A stretch of DNA of 58,533 nucleotides, the filler included, from Jimgerdemannia flammicorona (taxonomy: Eukaryota): assembly GCA_003990765.1 (NCBI GenBank). It is 3 parts of 3 records of this genome, joined end to end, with 100 filler letters (N's around TTAATTAATTAA, not from the genome) between each part and the next. Parts side by side here need not be neighbours in the genome. Positions count along the whole stretch, not along the records: positions 1 to 19,448 come from RBNJ01001936.1; 2 more parts are not named here. The stretch is one strand, 5' to 3'. A program made the translations under genes and the position numbers. The notes under the pieces are model-generated. The model saw nothing but the letters and a program-made list of their open reading frames with translations. It was not told where the DNA came from and made no database searches. Numbering within the stretch: position 1 is the stretch's first letter; each line of letters begins with the position of its first letter. Positions 1-18,867 of this stretch are shown in pieces.

Positions 1-1320
1 AAGAAAAAACCTAGACCATATAGACCAAACCTCTTCCCTACTCTCTCTCAAATACGATATCTCTATTAAATCTAGACTGGCTATTGTCCAGCAGCTTGAC
101 CATACCAGGTACAGCAGGGCTTATAGTAGCCTACACCTCATTCTGTACACCATACTCTACCTACTACTAGGGGGAAAGCAAGCATATGCCAACAACCAAA
201 GGTGTATATCTGAAACTCCAATATATGTACAAGGCCATATCCAAGCTAAATAGAATATCTCCCACTACTCCAAATAGAGTAACAGATAAAGAAAAAACCC
301 CTCTGAAAAATACAGAATGGTGAATAGGACCTAGTTCTCCCCAATGAGGTGAGTAGAGGACTTATATGTAAGGCAGGAGAAGACCCCCAATACTCTACTA
401 CTTAAGCCTATAGATCTCAATCATATTGCCATATCAACTCTCAGTTCCAGTTAAGTACAGCCAAGACATCTGACCTAGGTAACCTCAGGCTCTCCAATAT
501 CCCCTAAATGACACTATAGGATGGCCAAGAGTATCAGGAGTAACATCTATCACCTAATCACTCTATATCAATCAGAAGGTCCCACTAATACAGTACCCAC
601 CCCAGTCCTGATGACTATCACCAGCCTAGCACTCTACTGGTCTACCATTATCACTCTTCTATTTTTTTTTTTTTTTATAGTCATAATCACTTTTCTACCT
701 ATTTGTAATGGCCATCTCTTCTCTCATTCTGACCTCATCCAAAAAACAGTCACTATGCCAGAACCATATTTACTGGACCTCACTACAGGTATCAAAGATC
801 TGTAGGTAACCTATACTGATACTTGATACTTAAGGTTGGCCAACTCTCTATATAATCTATAATACTCTGAGATGATACCTTATTGATGATAGCAAAAGGA
901 AGAAGGCACTATACCAAAATAAGTATATCCTAAATATAGCCAGAGATATTAGAAACTATGAAAAAGTGGAGAAAGCACTGATCTGATATGATAAAGGAGT
1001 AACTTATTACTATTGTCTCTCTCTTACTACTCTGTAACAGATATAGTAAACCAATCTGAGATAGAGAGGATATAAGTTGTGGAAAAGGAACTTAGAAGAT
1101 TACTTACCAAAATCTTGTAACCAGTATGATAGCAGAGAAAGGTGTGACCTTGGTTAGATATTAGATAGATTCTCCAGAGTATATACTCAAATATGGAAGT
1201 CAATGTAGGCAAGTTAAGAGAAAGATCCTTTACAATAACTGACCTTTGGTTGCTTGGTAATATTAAGCCATAAATGAGGCAAAGGCTGGAGAATCTTGAT
1301 TCACCTTGACATGTCTTGAC
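1..1320. mobile_element. Degenerate retroelement-like coding relic, family unresolved
   Basis: No CpG seen by eye, many TAG/TAA, same composition as neighbouring decayed TEs. A Cys/His-like pattern around 920-1030 appears on + only after undoing transitions. No diagnostic motif. Confidence 0.3.
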
Positions 1321-1399
1321 AGGGGTACTAGTCAGGGCCAGACTTAACTGAGAGAGTGGGTTTGGCCTGAGCTATTGGGAATACTCAATACTCATTTTA

Positions 1400-2699
1400 C
1401 AAAAATACTATAATGGTCAGGGCTTTATATCTTTAAGAATCCTATCTTTAGCTCTACTGCTATATTTATTATATTAGAGCACCAAGATTAGATATATAGA
1501 TCTTCTTTTATTATTAAAGGTATTAATAGTACTCTGTTTTATTTAATATATATTTTAATTTAATAATTCTAACTTAATAAATTTGAATTTATTATACAAT
1601 TTATTATTCTGAAAAAATAGATATTATAGAATATAAAAAATATGATCAGCCTCTTCTTTATATCTTTATAATTTCTTAGAATATTATTCTATATCAAAGA
1701 TAAAGGCTCACACTCTCTCTAATATTGAAGAACTTTAAAAACTAGAAATATACTGAGGTTAAAAATTCATAGCTCTATTTTGTAATATAAGTATATCTGA
1801 AATTTAGCTTTTAAAGCTTTATTAGTAACTTGTTGATCTTATATATTTTATTGGAAATTTAGTATCTTAGGTAATTTTATATCAAATACTTAAAAGTCTT
1901 TTTATATTAATAATTAGAATAATATTCTTATATAAGTTACTAATATTATTTACAAAAAAATACTAATATAACATTATCATATACTTAATATTTATCATTC
2001 TATATAATTATTAAGTATATCATCAGTATATCTTATAGATAGAATTTACTTATTTATATATCTACTAACAGTATTAATATTTGTATAATTGACTAGTCTT
2101 AATTTTACTGTATATACTAAATAGACACTCATAGTTAAGCTATTAAAATTACTTATAAAGTATAATAAATAACAAGGCAATATTACTGAAATTGAGTTGA
2201 AATTAGTAATAATTTATAATAGTAGTTTTATTATAGATAGTGAGCAAATTTATAGAATTATCAGTTAATTTCTACAATATACCATACTTTTCTGATATTA
2301 TGAATCTTATCTTATCTGATCTAGATACCAATTGTGAAGAAAGAGTAGTCTATAAATATAGTTGTATCAAAACTCATACTTTTAATTTTTTTTTTAATAT
2401 TTTTTAGCAATTATTTGCTAGTATTTATTTGTTATTATAAATCTATTCAATAGTATCTTATTAATTGCTCTTATCTCAAGTTTCAAAATTCTGATCTTTT
2501 TTATTTATTCTACTATAGTATATAGATGATACAGTCTATATTATTCCTGATTTTGAAGTAGAGAGAAAAAGTGATAATTACTTTCTTATCAGAATATATC
2601 TGATTTGGTAATATAGTATCTTATATCTAAATTAAGTCTTGATAGAGGTAGAATTTATAAGGCACAATGTATGATATTAATACTACTTATAGAATAAGA

Positions 2700-2700
<1 letters not shown>
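1400..2700 (-). mobile_element. Very AT-rich TE relic with possible LTR end and PBS
   Basis: Minus strand reads ...TCTTCACA-AT-TGGTATCTAGATC near 2316-2340 (LTR-end CA followed by a TGGTATC PBS-like motif). The rest is too decayed to read. Confidence 0.3.
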
Positions 2701-8160
<5,460 letters not shown>

Positions 8161-8164
8161 AAAA

Positions 8165-9600
8165 TATGATAGACTTCTTTATATTAGAAAGTGGACTAAA
8201 GTGAAAAAGAAATAAAGTTTACAATCTCTTAAAAGTAGCTTTAGAGCAGTTATTTCTCCTAAGTATTATAATCCTTTTTAGATCAAGTAGCTCTTGGTAG
8301 ACATATCTCTTGAAGTATAATAGGCAGACTTGTTTTTTGCTTTTCTTGACTTTTTGGACTGAGATTTATTCACTCTTATCTCTGGAGTATTTTATATAGT
8401 TGTGATTGCTATTTGGAGAAGAGAGTAACTGGGTATATCTACTGAGTATAGGTATGTCTGATAGATACAGATATATCCAATGGACATAAGTATGTCTGAT
8501 GGGCACAGGTGTATCCTCAGAATACAGATCAATAAATCTGATTTATTATTTTTAGCTAATTATAAGTAATAGTATATATGGGTAACTATACTATATTGAG
8601 TGTTCATATCATCTGGCTAGTGCTCTCAAACAAATTGAATCAATTTGAATCAAATTGAATTGAGAGTCATTTGAATTGAATTGAATTGAGGATTCTTCAA
8701 TTCAAATAAATTTCAAATCTGATTTGAATACTATTTTTAGAAATATAATAACTTGATGAAAACATGTCCAAACTTAACAATCTTTAACTTATTAGATTCA
8801 CCTTATATAGGGAAATCTAACAAACTAAAGACTGTTAAATTTGGACATATATTCATCAAGTTATTATATTTTGAAAATAGAATTTCAAATCAAATTAGCC
8901 TTTGATTCAATTTAAATTAAATTGAATTGGACCATTGATTCATTAGAAGCACTGCATCTGGCTATACTATACTATTTGCTCATCATAATATTTATCTACA
9001 GATTTATTAGTTTCTTCACTTTTTTGCTTTTGAACTATTTTAATCTAAGGTTTATTTACTTTAGATATTGGAGATATTTATATATACAAGTTTGCTAGCT
9101 ATATAATAGTTAAGACTTCTTTTTCTATAAGTCATCTTTTACAATTGTAAGATTTTAACATTTATAGGATTCTTATAATTGTGAGTTTCTTACAAGTATA
9201 AGATTCTTATCTATAAGATCAGGTGACTACTAACCATAATGCTATACTATATCAGGAATCAGATTTAGATACTATGATCAAATATCTATTCTCCTGATTC
9301 TTATTTCTAATTTAGATCAACTGTCAATATATATATAGTCTCTATTATTTATTTTGGTTCTGTAATTATAATTATACTATGTATCAACTATTATACTAAA
9401 CTTACTCTATAAATATAAATATAGTTAATAAGTAGAGTGAAATATTCTAGCAGATAGAAATATTAATAGATATATTGTATATAGACTGTCATTATGTTAT
9501 ATAAAAGATTATCATCTCCTAGAGATTGCATCTAGTACTTTGTAAATAATAAATTTATTACCTGACAAGAGTATTGTTGAAAAAAATCATCAGAAGATTT
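8165..9600 (-). mobile_element. LTR-like relic with short tandem repeats
   Basis: Minus-strand TATA-like TATATAAAAATACTC (~8385-8400), ~19-nt repeats GGGCACAGGTATGTCTGAT (8430-8525) and ~18-nt quasi-palindromic repeats (9135-9220). CpG-free until an abrupt switch at ~9620. Confidence 0.4.
8618..8954. mobile_element. hAT-family MITE (337 bp)
   Basis: Termini TAGTGCTCTC...AGAAGCACTG, perfect 8-bp TSD CATCTGGC (8610-8617 and 8955-8962), subterminal GAATT/GAATC pentamer arrays and a long internal inverted repeat (~8730-8880). Confidence 0.9.
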
Positions 9601-9619
9601 CATTTTATTTTTTATTTAT

Positions 9620-11140
9620 TTTGGCGCCGACTGTGACTCTCGTTATCGTCGTCCAATAACATGTCGGTATAATATCTCGGAGGAGACTTTCCCAAACACC
9701 TTTTCCTCGCCTCATGCTGAGGAACCATCTCTTGCCTGCAGTGTTGACAAGCATCATGTCATTTTCGTTATAATAAGCCGACATGTCCTCATTGTTTAAA
9801 TTTTCTGCGGCCTCCTCTTAGCCTTCGATGTCCGCTCCGCCTACTTCAGTAGATCGGACCTTGAGCTGGATCCGGAAATAAGCAGGCAGATGCTTCTGGA
9901 CCTTGGCGGGGATCTCAAGGCTTGGCTTGCTGATCGTCCTTTTTCACACTCGGACATTTTTGAATTGGGTGTGATGTATGTGTGTGGCTTAATGACTTAG
10001 GAACAATCAATTTCACACACTCTTCTTTGTCCTGCGTCCGATTTGTCAAACTGATGCACGAACTCACAGGTCATCTACGACTGCGACAGCGACGTGCCCC
10101 TCGAATAGCAAGGAGTGTTGGCTTATCCTTCTAGTCTTCGTAGAACCTGGTGACAGGATGGAAGTGTACATCAAGACCGTGAGGGGCAAGACTCTGCTGA
10201 TCCGCGTATTCAAATATGAAACGGTGGCCCGGTTAAAGTCCATCATAGAAACGATAGGGGGTAGATCAGCAACGGCTGATATTAACCGGCCGTCAATTAG
10301 ATGACGGACTCTCGCTCTCCGACTACAACATCACACCGGCGAGCACATTGTATCTTTTGTACCATTTCTGGGGCAGTGGCGGGCCAATCCCAAAGTTTGC
10401 CAACTTGTCCAATGAGAGCGGGCTTCGGTATCGCGCGTGGTCCAGGTCGGCGCCTAGATGGCGCACTGCAACCGATGGAAGGCAGGACATATCGTTTTCC
10501 TGTATATAGAAAACTCCCAACATTGCGTTTACCCTCCATTTATCCAGGGCACATGCACGAATCCCGCCTGTGCCGCTCATGGGCGCCGCGTTATCATAGC
10601 AAGGGGCAAAGTAACTTTGACTTCTTCTACGAATCTCACAAATTCAAAAGTCCCATATGCTGGAAGCTCGTCGAGCCCGCCTTCAGCAATACCTGGTGGA
10701 CCTTCCGCGGACTGAAGAAGCTCCCGAAACACCTCTAGAGTACGTTCAGGGTCCCTGACGGCACGCCGGGGACGCGTACACGCCTTCGACGAGTCTCAGA
10801 GTGGCGTCGCCGGATGGTTGAGACTCAAGACCCTGGTAAATTCGTGGAATCCCGAGGACGTGTGCTCTGTGTGCTTTGAGAAATCGGAACTCATGGAGAA
10901 GGGTGTCGGTAGTTGTAGTCATAGCTTGCATCCCGCGTACCGGAAGAAGTAGAGGAATGTGCAGGCGATGGAATTGGGGATACAGTGCACATTGTACCGC
11001 GAGCTGGATAGGAATAAGTGATTGTTTAGAAAGCGAGGAGGCTCTGCGGATGGAGATGGTCCGGCGAGTTTGTTGTAGCAGAAAGTTCCCCGAAGCAAAG
11101 CGTTCAATATGATTGTTTGAAATCCGAAAGACACGTCCAT
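9620..11140 (-). pseudogene. Fragmented unknown gene; C-terminal part weakly resembles a PD-(D/E)xK/Mrr-type nuclease
   Basis: CpG-rich, coding-like segments broken by stops and frameshifts. The last segment reads YFRIQLKVRSTEVGGADIEG*EEAAENL...MMLVNTAG, containing a QxK-like motif. Family assignment is speculative. Confidence 0.25.
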
Positions 11141-11639
11141 GGGACTTTGGCTTCCCAGGATTCGTTTTTGGCTTCTTTTAGTTTCTTCGCTGCAAAATTA
11201 TCTCTTATCACTTCGTGATTGCTGGTTTTTTTTTTTTTTTTTTCCTTCTATTTCTATTATGTGACCAATAAATTGTCTCTGATAAAATCCCGAATCTCTA
11301 CTACATTGTCTTTTTGTGCATTATGCTGCATCGCCAAATCGATTCGCATTCCATACTGGAGCTTTGCAGCCACGGTCCCGGGCACCCTGGTGGTTAGACC
11401 ATACAGATACGAGAATGTTCTTTAATAGGTTTCCCAGATTACCAACTGAGGCTCTGGAAGCTAGATAACGAACGTCAGAATGATATCAGAGATATTTAGG
11501 TGGGGTTTGTATGAACGAAGCCCGAAATATGAATTAGAAGACCTTCCTTCATGATGTAAATATGTTTCTTCTTTATTTGTCACAATACCCACCGCCCTCT
11601 TCTCCGGCGCAACTCTTGAACACTAACCCACCCGCGACG

Positions 11640-12510
11640 TTACTTTCTCGTGGCTGGACTTGACAATCGAGCTCCTCGACTACCTCTTCTCCTTTCTGGA
11701 TATCACGGGCATCGACAGGGCCTTGTGGCAATATTTTCTCCGCAGCAGTACCGACTGGTCATCGATGACACACCTGTTTGGTCTGAGGCGGTTTGGAATG
11801 GTTCCTGGTCGAAATTTTGTCGTCAACGGTGCTGCGAACTCGTTATGTACACCGGCTGCTACTTCCATAGCAACCTGTCCCCCAACTTACTCACCATTGC
11901 CGCGCCACGTCATCTCCCCAACTTCGAGCAGCTCACCCCACGGGGTTACGACCTGCATTTCATATAAGTATCTTCAATCGGTCCCGTCCTGTCCCGCTCA
12001 AGTTGCACCGCTTGAACTTTGCCATCTATCTTCGTCGTTCCCTCGACGGGCTCAAGACTGACCCGTCGTCCTCAACGTCTGCGACTACGACACCTTGCAC
12101 AACGTGCTGCACAATGCCATCAGTCACGTGCTCGTATACGTAGGCTGGTCGTGTGGTGCCCGCTAGCGGAGTGTGGATGCAGTCTTCTGCTGCGTTACCT
12201 ATTGGCCGTGCAAATCCTAGATTTTGCTGGAGCAAATCTGAATTGCCGGCACACAATAGAAGCAGACATACGCAATAGGCGGGAACGCAGATACGAATCA
12301 CATGTATCGGCGAAGAGATATGATGCAGTTGTATCAGATACCCTACGTCGTTTTCGTTCTGGGATTCAGGCCGATGGCCGCAACGGGATTTGTTGGATCA
12401 CCGTTGTTTGCCCGTTATCGGACGTCGCTTTAACGGCTGCTAAATGGCGAAATGGGATGGTGTTGGAACGAAAATACCACCATTCTTTGTACACAAATAA
12501 TAGGGAATAA
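11640..12510 (+). pseudogene. F-box (probably F-box/LRR) protein pseudogene
   Basis: WLDLTIELLDYLFSFLD matches the start of the F-box consensus. Downstream leucine-rich segments are split over several frames. No clear start codon. Confidence 0.45.
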
Positions 12511-13551
12511 GAAACCACGTGGTATCTTTCCTGATTGGTGATTCCTCTGGGGTAGATGTGTCTTCTGGGTACAAGTTGACGGTATACTTTATAAATGAAA
12601 GAGAAGAGGAAAAAAATATCGGTGAGATCCGTACTTATATTATGGCGTGCACTCTTTAATCCGCCAGTTCATCCGCATTCATAGCCATCGTTCATCATCC
12701 ACATTTGTGTCCACCATCCATAGCTTACCCCTAACAATATATCGCCACCCTCCAACTTGTATAAATACTCCAAGATTGCATAGCAATAATTAACAGGTCG
12801 AATACGTGGCACAAGCACCGACGTCTGCGCGCACTTCGAGGTAATTAGGATTCCACCTCACAATGCAGGTTCAAGTAAGATGGAGAGTCTATCTCGACGT
12901 AATTCATATTGGTTTTCCTTCTAATATGTATGTCCTCAAAGAACACTTTTACTGCTTGCCGCAATATAGATGATATGTATTTAACCTTACCCTGGCATAG
13001 GTCAATCCAAAAATAATTAAAACTCGATATGATATCGGAGATAATGATAATTCTTAAAATAAATACCCTAGAAAAATTTATTATGAAATATATATATATA
13101 TATATAAGGATATTGGTAAAATGAATTGTTCCCAATGTTCCCCTCCCCCCCCGGAGCTGTCCACTATAGGGGTTCGTTCGTGAAGCTAATTTTGGGCAAT
13201 AAATCAATCTAAGCGACAGCATACCACTCGGGTCAGGCTGTTATCACCGTCAGAGGACCTATTTATATTCGAAGTCAGCGGGACGTGGACGTGAGGAAGG
13301 TTCAGTTTCACAATCGTTTTATCTGGATGCCCACCAAGATGTAATTGGAGTTCACTCCTTCGGATGATTAAACCCTAATGTAGTGGCGTATCCAACCTCG
13401 GAAGCAGGGACTGAATGCCCAATTCGAGAATACGACCTCAGATGACTCAAATCTAAACGCATTCGCGGGCCGAGACACTTACAAACCTGTCGATTCCTAA
13501 ACCGTCCTCGGCACCCTTCCTTCCCTCTCCAAAGACATCGCTTCGCACTCT

Positions 13552-15215
13552 ATGGGCCAATCTCTGTCCATCAAGGGCAAGAAAAACCGCCGCGAGAAAC
13601 CTGTCCAAGAAGAGACTTCCAGAGGCAAAGACTTGTACGGGGACCCAATTCCCAAAGACTCCAAGGTCATCGATGGTCGCGTTTTCAAAAAGTCTGGGAG
13701 CGCCGTTTACCCACTACCGAACGACAAGCACGAGTATAGCCGCTTGAACAACCAGCACTATCTTGTCCGGTGAGCGATTCGTCAATGGCTAGTTCGCATT
13801 TCATTGCGACATTATGTTTTTGTATTTTGGGACGATAGAAGCGCTGACATAAATACTACAATAATTGACTAACTTTCACATCCGGAAATTAGTTACATCC
13901 TTCAGAGGTAATAATTGATATTCAAAAGCTTTGTAGAGACTATATGCTTTGATAATTCATACCGTTTAGAACACTGATCCTTCTGTTTGTAGTAATTACA
14001 AAGCACCTGTCACGGAAGACCTGAAACGCGGAATAAAAGTTCTCGACGCTGGGTGAGACCTCCTATCATTTATTCCTCCAATGGCTAACTCCGCACGTAC
14101 TAATAGGAAGCTATCTTCACCCATCAGTTGCGGCACTGGCGTCTGGACTATTGTAAGTACCCTGCCCAATATCCTGCTCTCACATATCAATTGTCCTACC
14201 CGACTGACCCCCCTTCCCACTTCCCCGCCTCGCCTTCAACGATTACAAAGGAGCTCGCTACTGAGTTTCCGAACTCGACTTTCATTGGCACCGACATTAC
14301 CAACGTCTTCGCCGGGTCGTTGAAACCCGCGCCTTCCAATTGCACTTTTCTCGAAGCCGACACGACCAAGCTGCCATTCGATGACAACACATTCGACTAC
14401 GTATTCCAGCGATTTCAGAATGCGTGTTTCGCAAAACTAAGGTGGCCTAATGTTATCAAAGAGCTCATAAGAGTGTGCAAACCAGGTGGTCTTGTCGAGC
14501 TGCGTAAGTGGTTTTTATTTATTTATTTATTTTATTTGCCTTCTTTATCTCAAACGACGTTTGCTAGATTCTCAAGCTCACTTTCCCCATGCTTTTAATC
14601 CCTCCAAGCGCAGTCGAAAGCGCATTCGCACACGACGGCGGTCCGGCGATGTCAAGGCTTCGTGAATTATGTACATATTCTCTCGTCTAATCCGGCGTTT
14701 CATTGTTAGGTTTCACTCACCACGCCTGACATTGCCTTACACGCTCAACACTTCGCGCAGTGGTAACCCTCTTCTCCCTCCGTGGTATTGACATGACCAT
14801 TTTCGAGACCCCGGAGTATGTTATCAACGCGGGCCTGGTCGACGTTCAAAGCATTTACACACCCTGGCCGCTCAACTGGGGCCCTGACGAAAAACTAGGC
14901 GAACTGAGCGCACAGGTTTGTGCTCCAGTCTTGTTAGCTCTCTCCTTTCAATATATTAAAGACGAAATCTTCACCTCCCTTCCATAGAATTACGTGATCG
15001 GGATTCGCAACGTCCGTGCAGTTATCGGCGTAGCCCTTGGTATCGGCGACGACGAGTACGACGAGATTGAGCGCGAATGCGAGGCCGAGCTGCTCGTCCC
15101 CGGCGTCGAATACAAGGCATCCCAAACCATCTTCTCACACTACGGCCGAAAGCCCTTCCCCGTCGCAGACGACGCCCAGCCCGAGATACGCACGTTGTCC
15201 CGCTTATGTGAATGA
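13552..15215 (+). CDS. Class I SAM-dependent methyltransferase (LaeA-like/Methyltransf_23-25 type), 8 exons
   Basis: Exons 13552-13769, 13893-13907, 13993-14052, 14128-14152, 14251-14503, 14614-14670, 14761-14915, 14988-15215, all with GT-AG introns and frame preserved. Motifs: LPND..E..RLNNQHY, motif I VLDAGCGTGVW, LPFDDNTFDYVFQR, RVCKPGGLVEL, final YGRKP. Confidence 0.92.
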
Positions 15216-16276
15216 GTTCTTGCGAATATAGAATATTGCCCCAGTCGACGCCGCGAGTTATGTTTTTACATTATAAAAGAAAATAATTATGAGAGCAATC
15301 CTAAGCCTTAAGATGTTTTATAGTGGCGACAGCCAAAAATGTTGTGATCATAAAACTATGTTTTATACTCTACCGAAAATATGCTGCTCATGCAATGTTC
15401 ACTGTGTTTACGAGTTCAATACTGGACAACGTCTCGACAGCTGTTATAGGTTCTAATGAGGGTTTCTTTAATGTCATAATTCTATCTGAAATTTAAAAGG
15501 CACCCATGGCTATTCCATTTGATATTGCCATTTCATCGGGTGTACAATAAAGTTTTATGCTCCTTAACATCGAAAGTTCACCAAGATATTCAGTCCGATA
15601 ACCACAAATTTTTTCTTTTATAATTTCCTAAGCATAGCTCAAATAGTGAAGCAGAATGATATAAAGAATCTATACTTTTCAAGTAAATAAATATTAAATT
15701 AGCATTTAGTTCAATTTATATAAATTTTTAATAACATTTCGATTTGCATATAAAACCACTATAACTCTCAGATTCTAACTTATTAATAATATTTTCTCAG
15801 CCTTAAGAACTATATTTTTAAAAATAATAAATATAATAAGAAATCTAATTACCTCTTTGTAGTATATAACTAATATTAAGCATCTTAAAGGATAAAATAT
15901 AATATTATTATATATAACTAAATATTTTTGAGTAGATAAAAAATATTTAGCTTATGTATATAATATATATAATAGATAGAGAACTTATATAGAATAATAT
16001 TAGAAAAATACAAAGAATAAAATTATTAATAATTTAATAAATAATAATATTTCTATTAATAAAATATATCTAAAAAAAAAAAACTTTTAAAAAAATATTT
16101 ATTACTCAATTTATATATTTTTAATATTTTTACTTAATGAGATATAATTTATATACTCTAAATTAGAGAAGTACTGAAATACTAGAATTCTGAAAGAATA
16201 TAAATTATTTATTAATATAAAATTAACAATATCTTTATTAATATATATTATAAAAAAAATATTCAGTTTTAGATAT

Positions 16277-16740
16277 TGTGACAGTTGATCCGAATTAGTA
16301 ACATGAAACAGGGGAATTAGACATTTGATCGCGGTACCTGAATCCGATTCCCAATATAGTTTAGCCACATAAATAGCAGTCATATTCTGCAAAGTGTAGA
16401 AACTTTAATGTTTGCAAAGATTTAGGAGATGTTAGAATATTTGCAATCAGCAAAATCCTAGCAGATGTTGAAAGATCTGATACTTGCAAAATGAGTCACT
16501 ACTTAGCCACCTTATAGCTAGCAAACTTGTATAAATAACCCAGTATCTTCAAGTGAATAAACCTCAGATCGAAATAGTTCAAAGCAAAGAGAAAGCAAAG
16601 GAACTAGTAAGCCTGTGGGCAGATACACTTCGAACTCACCCACCCCTGCATCCCAAGGACTCCAAGGAGTTAGAGAAGATCAAGTATTCAAGATACAGAA
16701 ATCTGACATACTTTCAAGAGTAAGCATCCGCTATGTTACA
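16277..16740 (+). repeat. 5' LTR of gypsy element B (464 bp)
   Basis: TGTGACA...TGTTACA termini, TATAAATA at ~16530, followed by ACT-TGGTGCCCATTGG (PBS-like). Confidence 0.8.
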
Positions 16741-18867
16741 ACTTGGTGCCCATTGGCTGGTGATTCAAGACGAATCCCTCACTTTCAAGCTGAACAACGA
16801 ACAACTGCCACCACCTGAACAACTATACAAACCGAGGCAAGAAACCAAGACAAGATGGATATGAGACCACCAGTATTTCATGGATATACCTCAGATGAAT
16901 CAATCATCACTTTCATCAATGATTTTGAGCAGTATGCCACTGTAAGAACCCTGATAGCAGCACAGCAAGTAGCCCTCATGCCCTTCAGCCTATGAGGTCC
17001 TGCCAGAGCAGCATTCACAGCTGCAACCCATGCAGGAAATAATGCTGATACCATACTGACAGCACAGAAGATCTGGCTTCGAAATACCTACTACACAGAG
17101 GAGATTAAGCAAGCCCTGAAGGATCAGCTCAATACAATATACCAAGGAATGAGTGAGGATCCAAACACATTCTACACCTGAATCCGATATCAGATAATCC
17201 TCGCAGATTATGCTGATGCTATCCGAGATCAAGTAGCCGAAGCAAGCTTCATGAAAGGAGTCCACCCAGAGATAGCTATGGCTATTCACTCATCACCAGT
17301 AGTTCTGGATCTGGGATAGCCAGACATCCACAAGACCACACAATGGAAAGAGTCACTGGAGTTAGAATTGAAGCACCCAAGGCAACCAGTGTGATCCCCA
17401 CCACAATGATCAATCGAAACACACCTCAAATGAGAGCTATAGAGCAGCAGAGAAACAGCGACCCCATGGAGGAGCTTGCCAAGCAGTTTGCTGAAATGAC
17501 TGCTCACCTAGGGGATGTAGTAAAAGAAATTAGAGGAAGAGATCGCCACCTGATTCAGAAGTTTGCTGCCACCTCAGATAAGAAGAAAGGTACCTGCTAT
17601 AGCTGTGGAGAAGAAGGCCACTACTCATATGAATGTATGAGTGAAACTAAGCACAAGGCCCAGCCAAGCAATGCTAGTAAAAACAAGGAACAGGCCAACA
17701 TCATCACTTTTGAGGAAATTGGAGAGTCAGATGAAGAATGGGAGGCCTACTCTGCACAGACTACCAAGAAGGATGTTCGCAAGGAACCCTACAAGAGACC
17801 ACCAGGAAGACCCAAGAAGAACCTGGTGGAAAAACAGATGGAAACGGCCACAGAAAGCCAAGCCAAAGAAATGGATCAAGATATAGAGCTTGAACAAGCA
17901 GTTCAAGATATCATCCGAGGAACTACTCCAGCTTGTGAAGGAGAAAAGGAGAAGAAGCTTCGCAAAACCAAGACCTTCAAGTATGATATCTTCAAAGATC
18001 TCAGCCAACAAAAAGTCAATGCAACCTTTGGCCAGCTCGCAGAAATTCCTACGTTTAGACAGCAAATGAGATTTGGACTTGCCGAAACAACCAAGGAGCA
18101 GGGTTGGAAGATAACTGAAGCCAACAATGTTCAAGAAGATTCTGGAGAAGAAAGTGAAGACAACCGCAAGACTTCCACCTATGCAACCTGCCAAATCAAA
18201 GACAGAATCTTTGAAGCCATCATAGATACAGGAGCAGGAGGATGCCTCCTCAGCAAGAAGGCAGTAGACCACCTGGGATGGGAGGTTGAAGAAGCAATCA
18301 AATTGGTATTTGTTACAGCAGATGGTACAAGAGCCACCCCTTTGGGAAAAATCCGAGATGTTCCCATCAAGTTTGGAGGAGCAACTATTCCAGTGGATAT
18401 GATAGTAACCAATTGACATTCTTATTGGCAACCAGTGGTTTCATAAAGCCAGAGCAATAATCGACCTGAATGCTCAGAAGATGCAGATTATCTACTGAGG
18501 TCAGAAGATGCAAATTCCCATCAATGTCAACAAAGGAGTGCTCCCCAAGATGGAGGAAGATAAGCAAGAAGAAGCTTACATAGTGACCACACAGAAAAAG
18601 AAGAAGAAAGTCGGATGGATGAGTGAAGAAGAATGGTGCAAGAAGATCACAGAAGGATATGCACCACAAGGAGTCTGCCCACATGGGATTCGAATGTACT
18701 ATATGGAGCATGTCAATGAGTGCTACCAGTGCACCAGCAAAAGCAAAGAAATCTACCACCAAAGAAGAGAAAAGACTCTCAAGGAGCAAGCCAAAGAAGA
18801 AAAGGAGGAGGAGGAAGATGACGAACCACCAGCCCTCCTGGAAGACAGTGATGATGAAGAAGAAATC

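Noticed and set aside
1330..1372. Hairpin TCAGGGCCAGAC...GTTTGGCCTGA
   Set aside because: Short and imperfect, with no tRNA or other RNA family features. It cannot be assigned.
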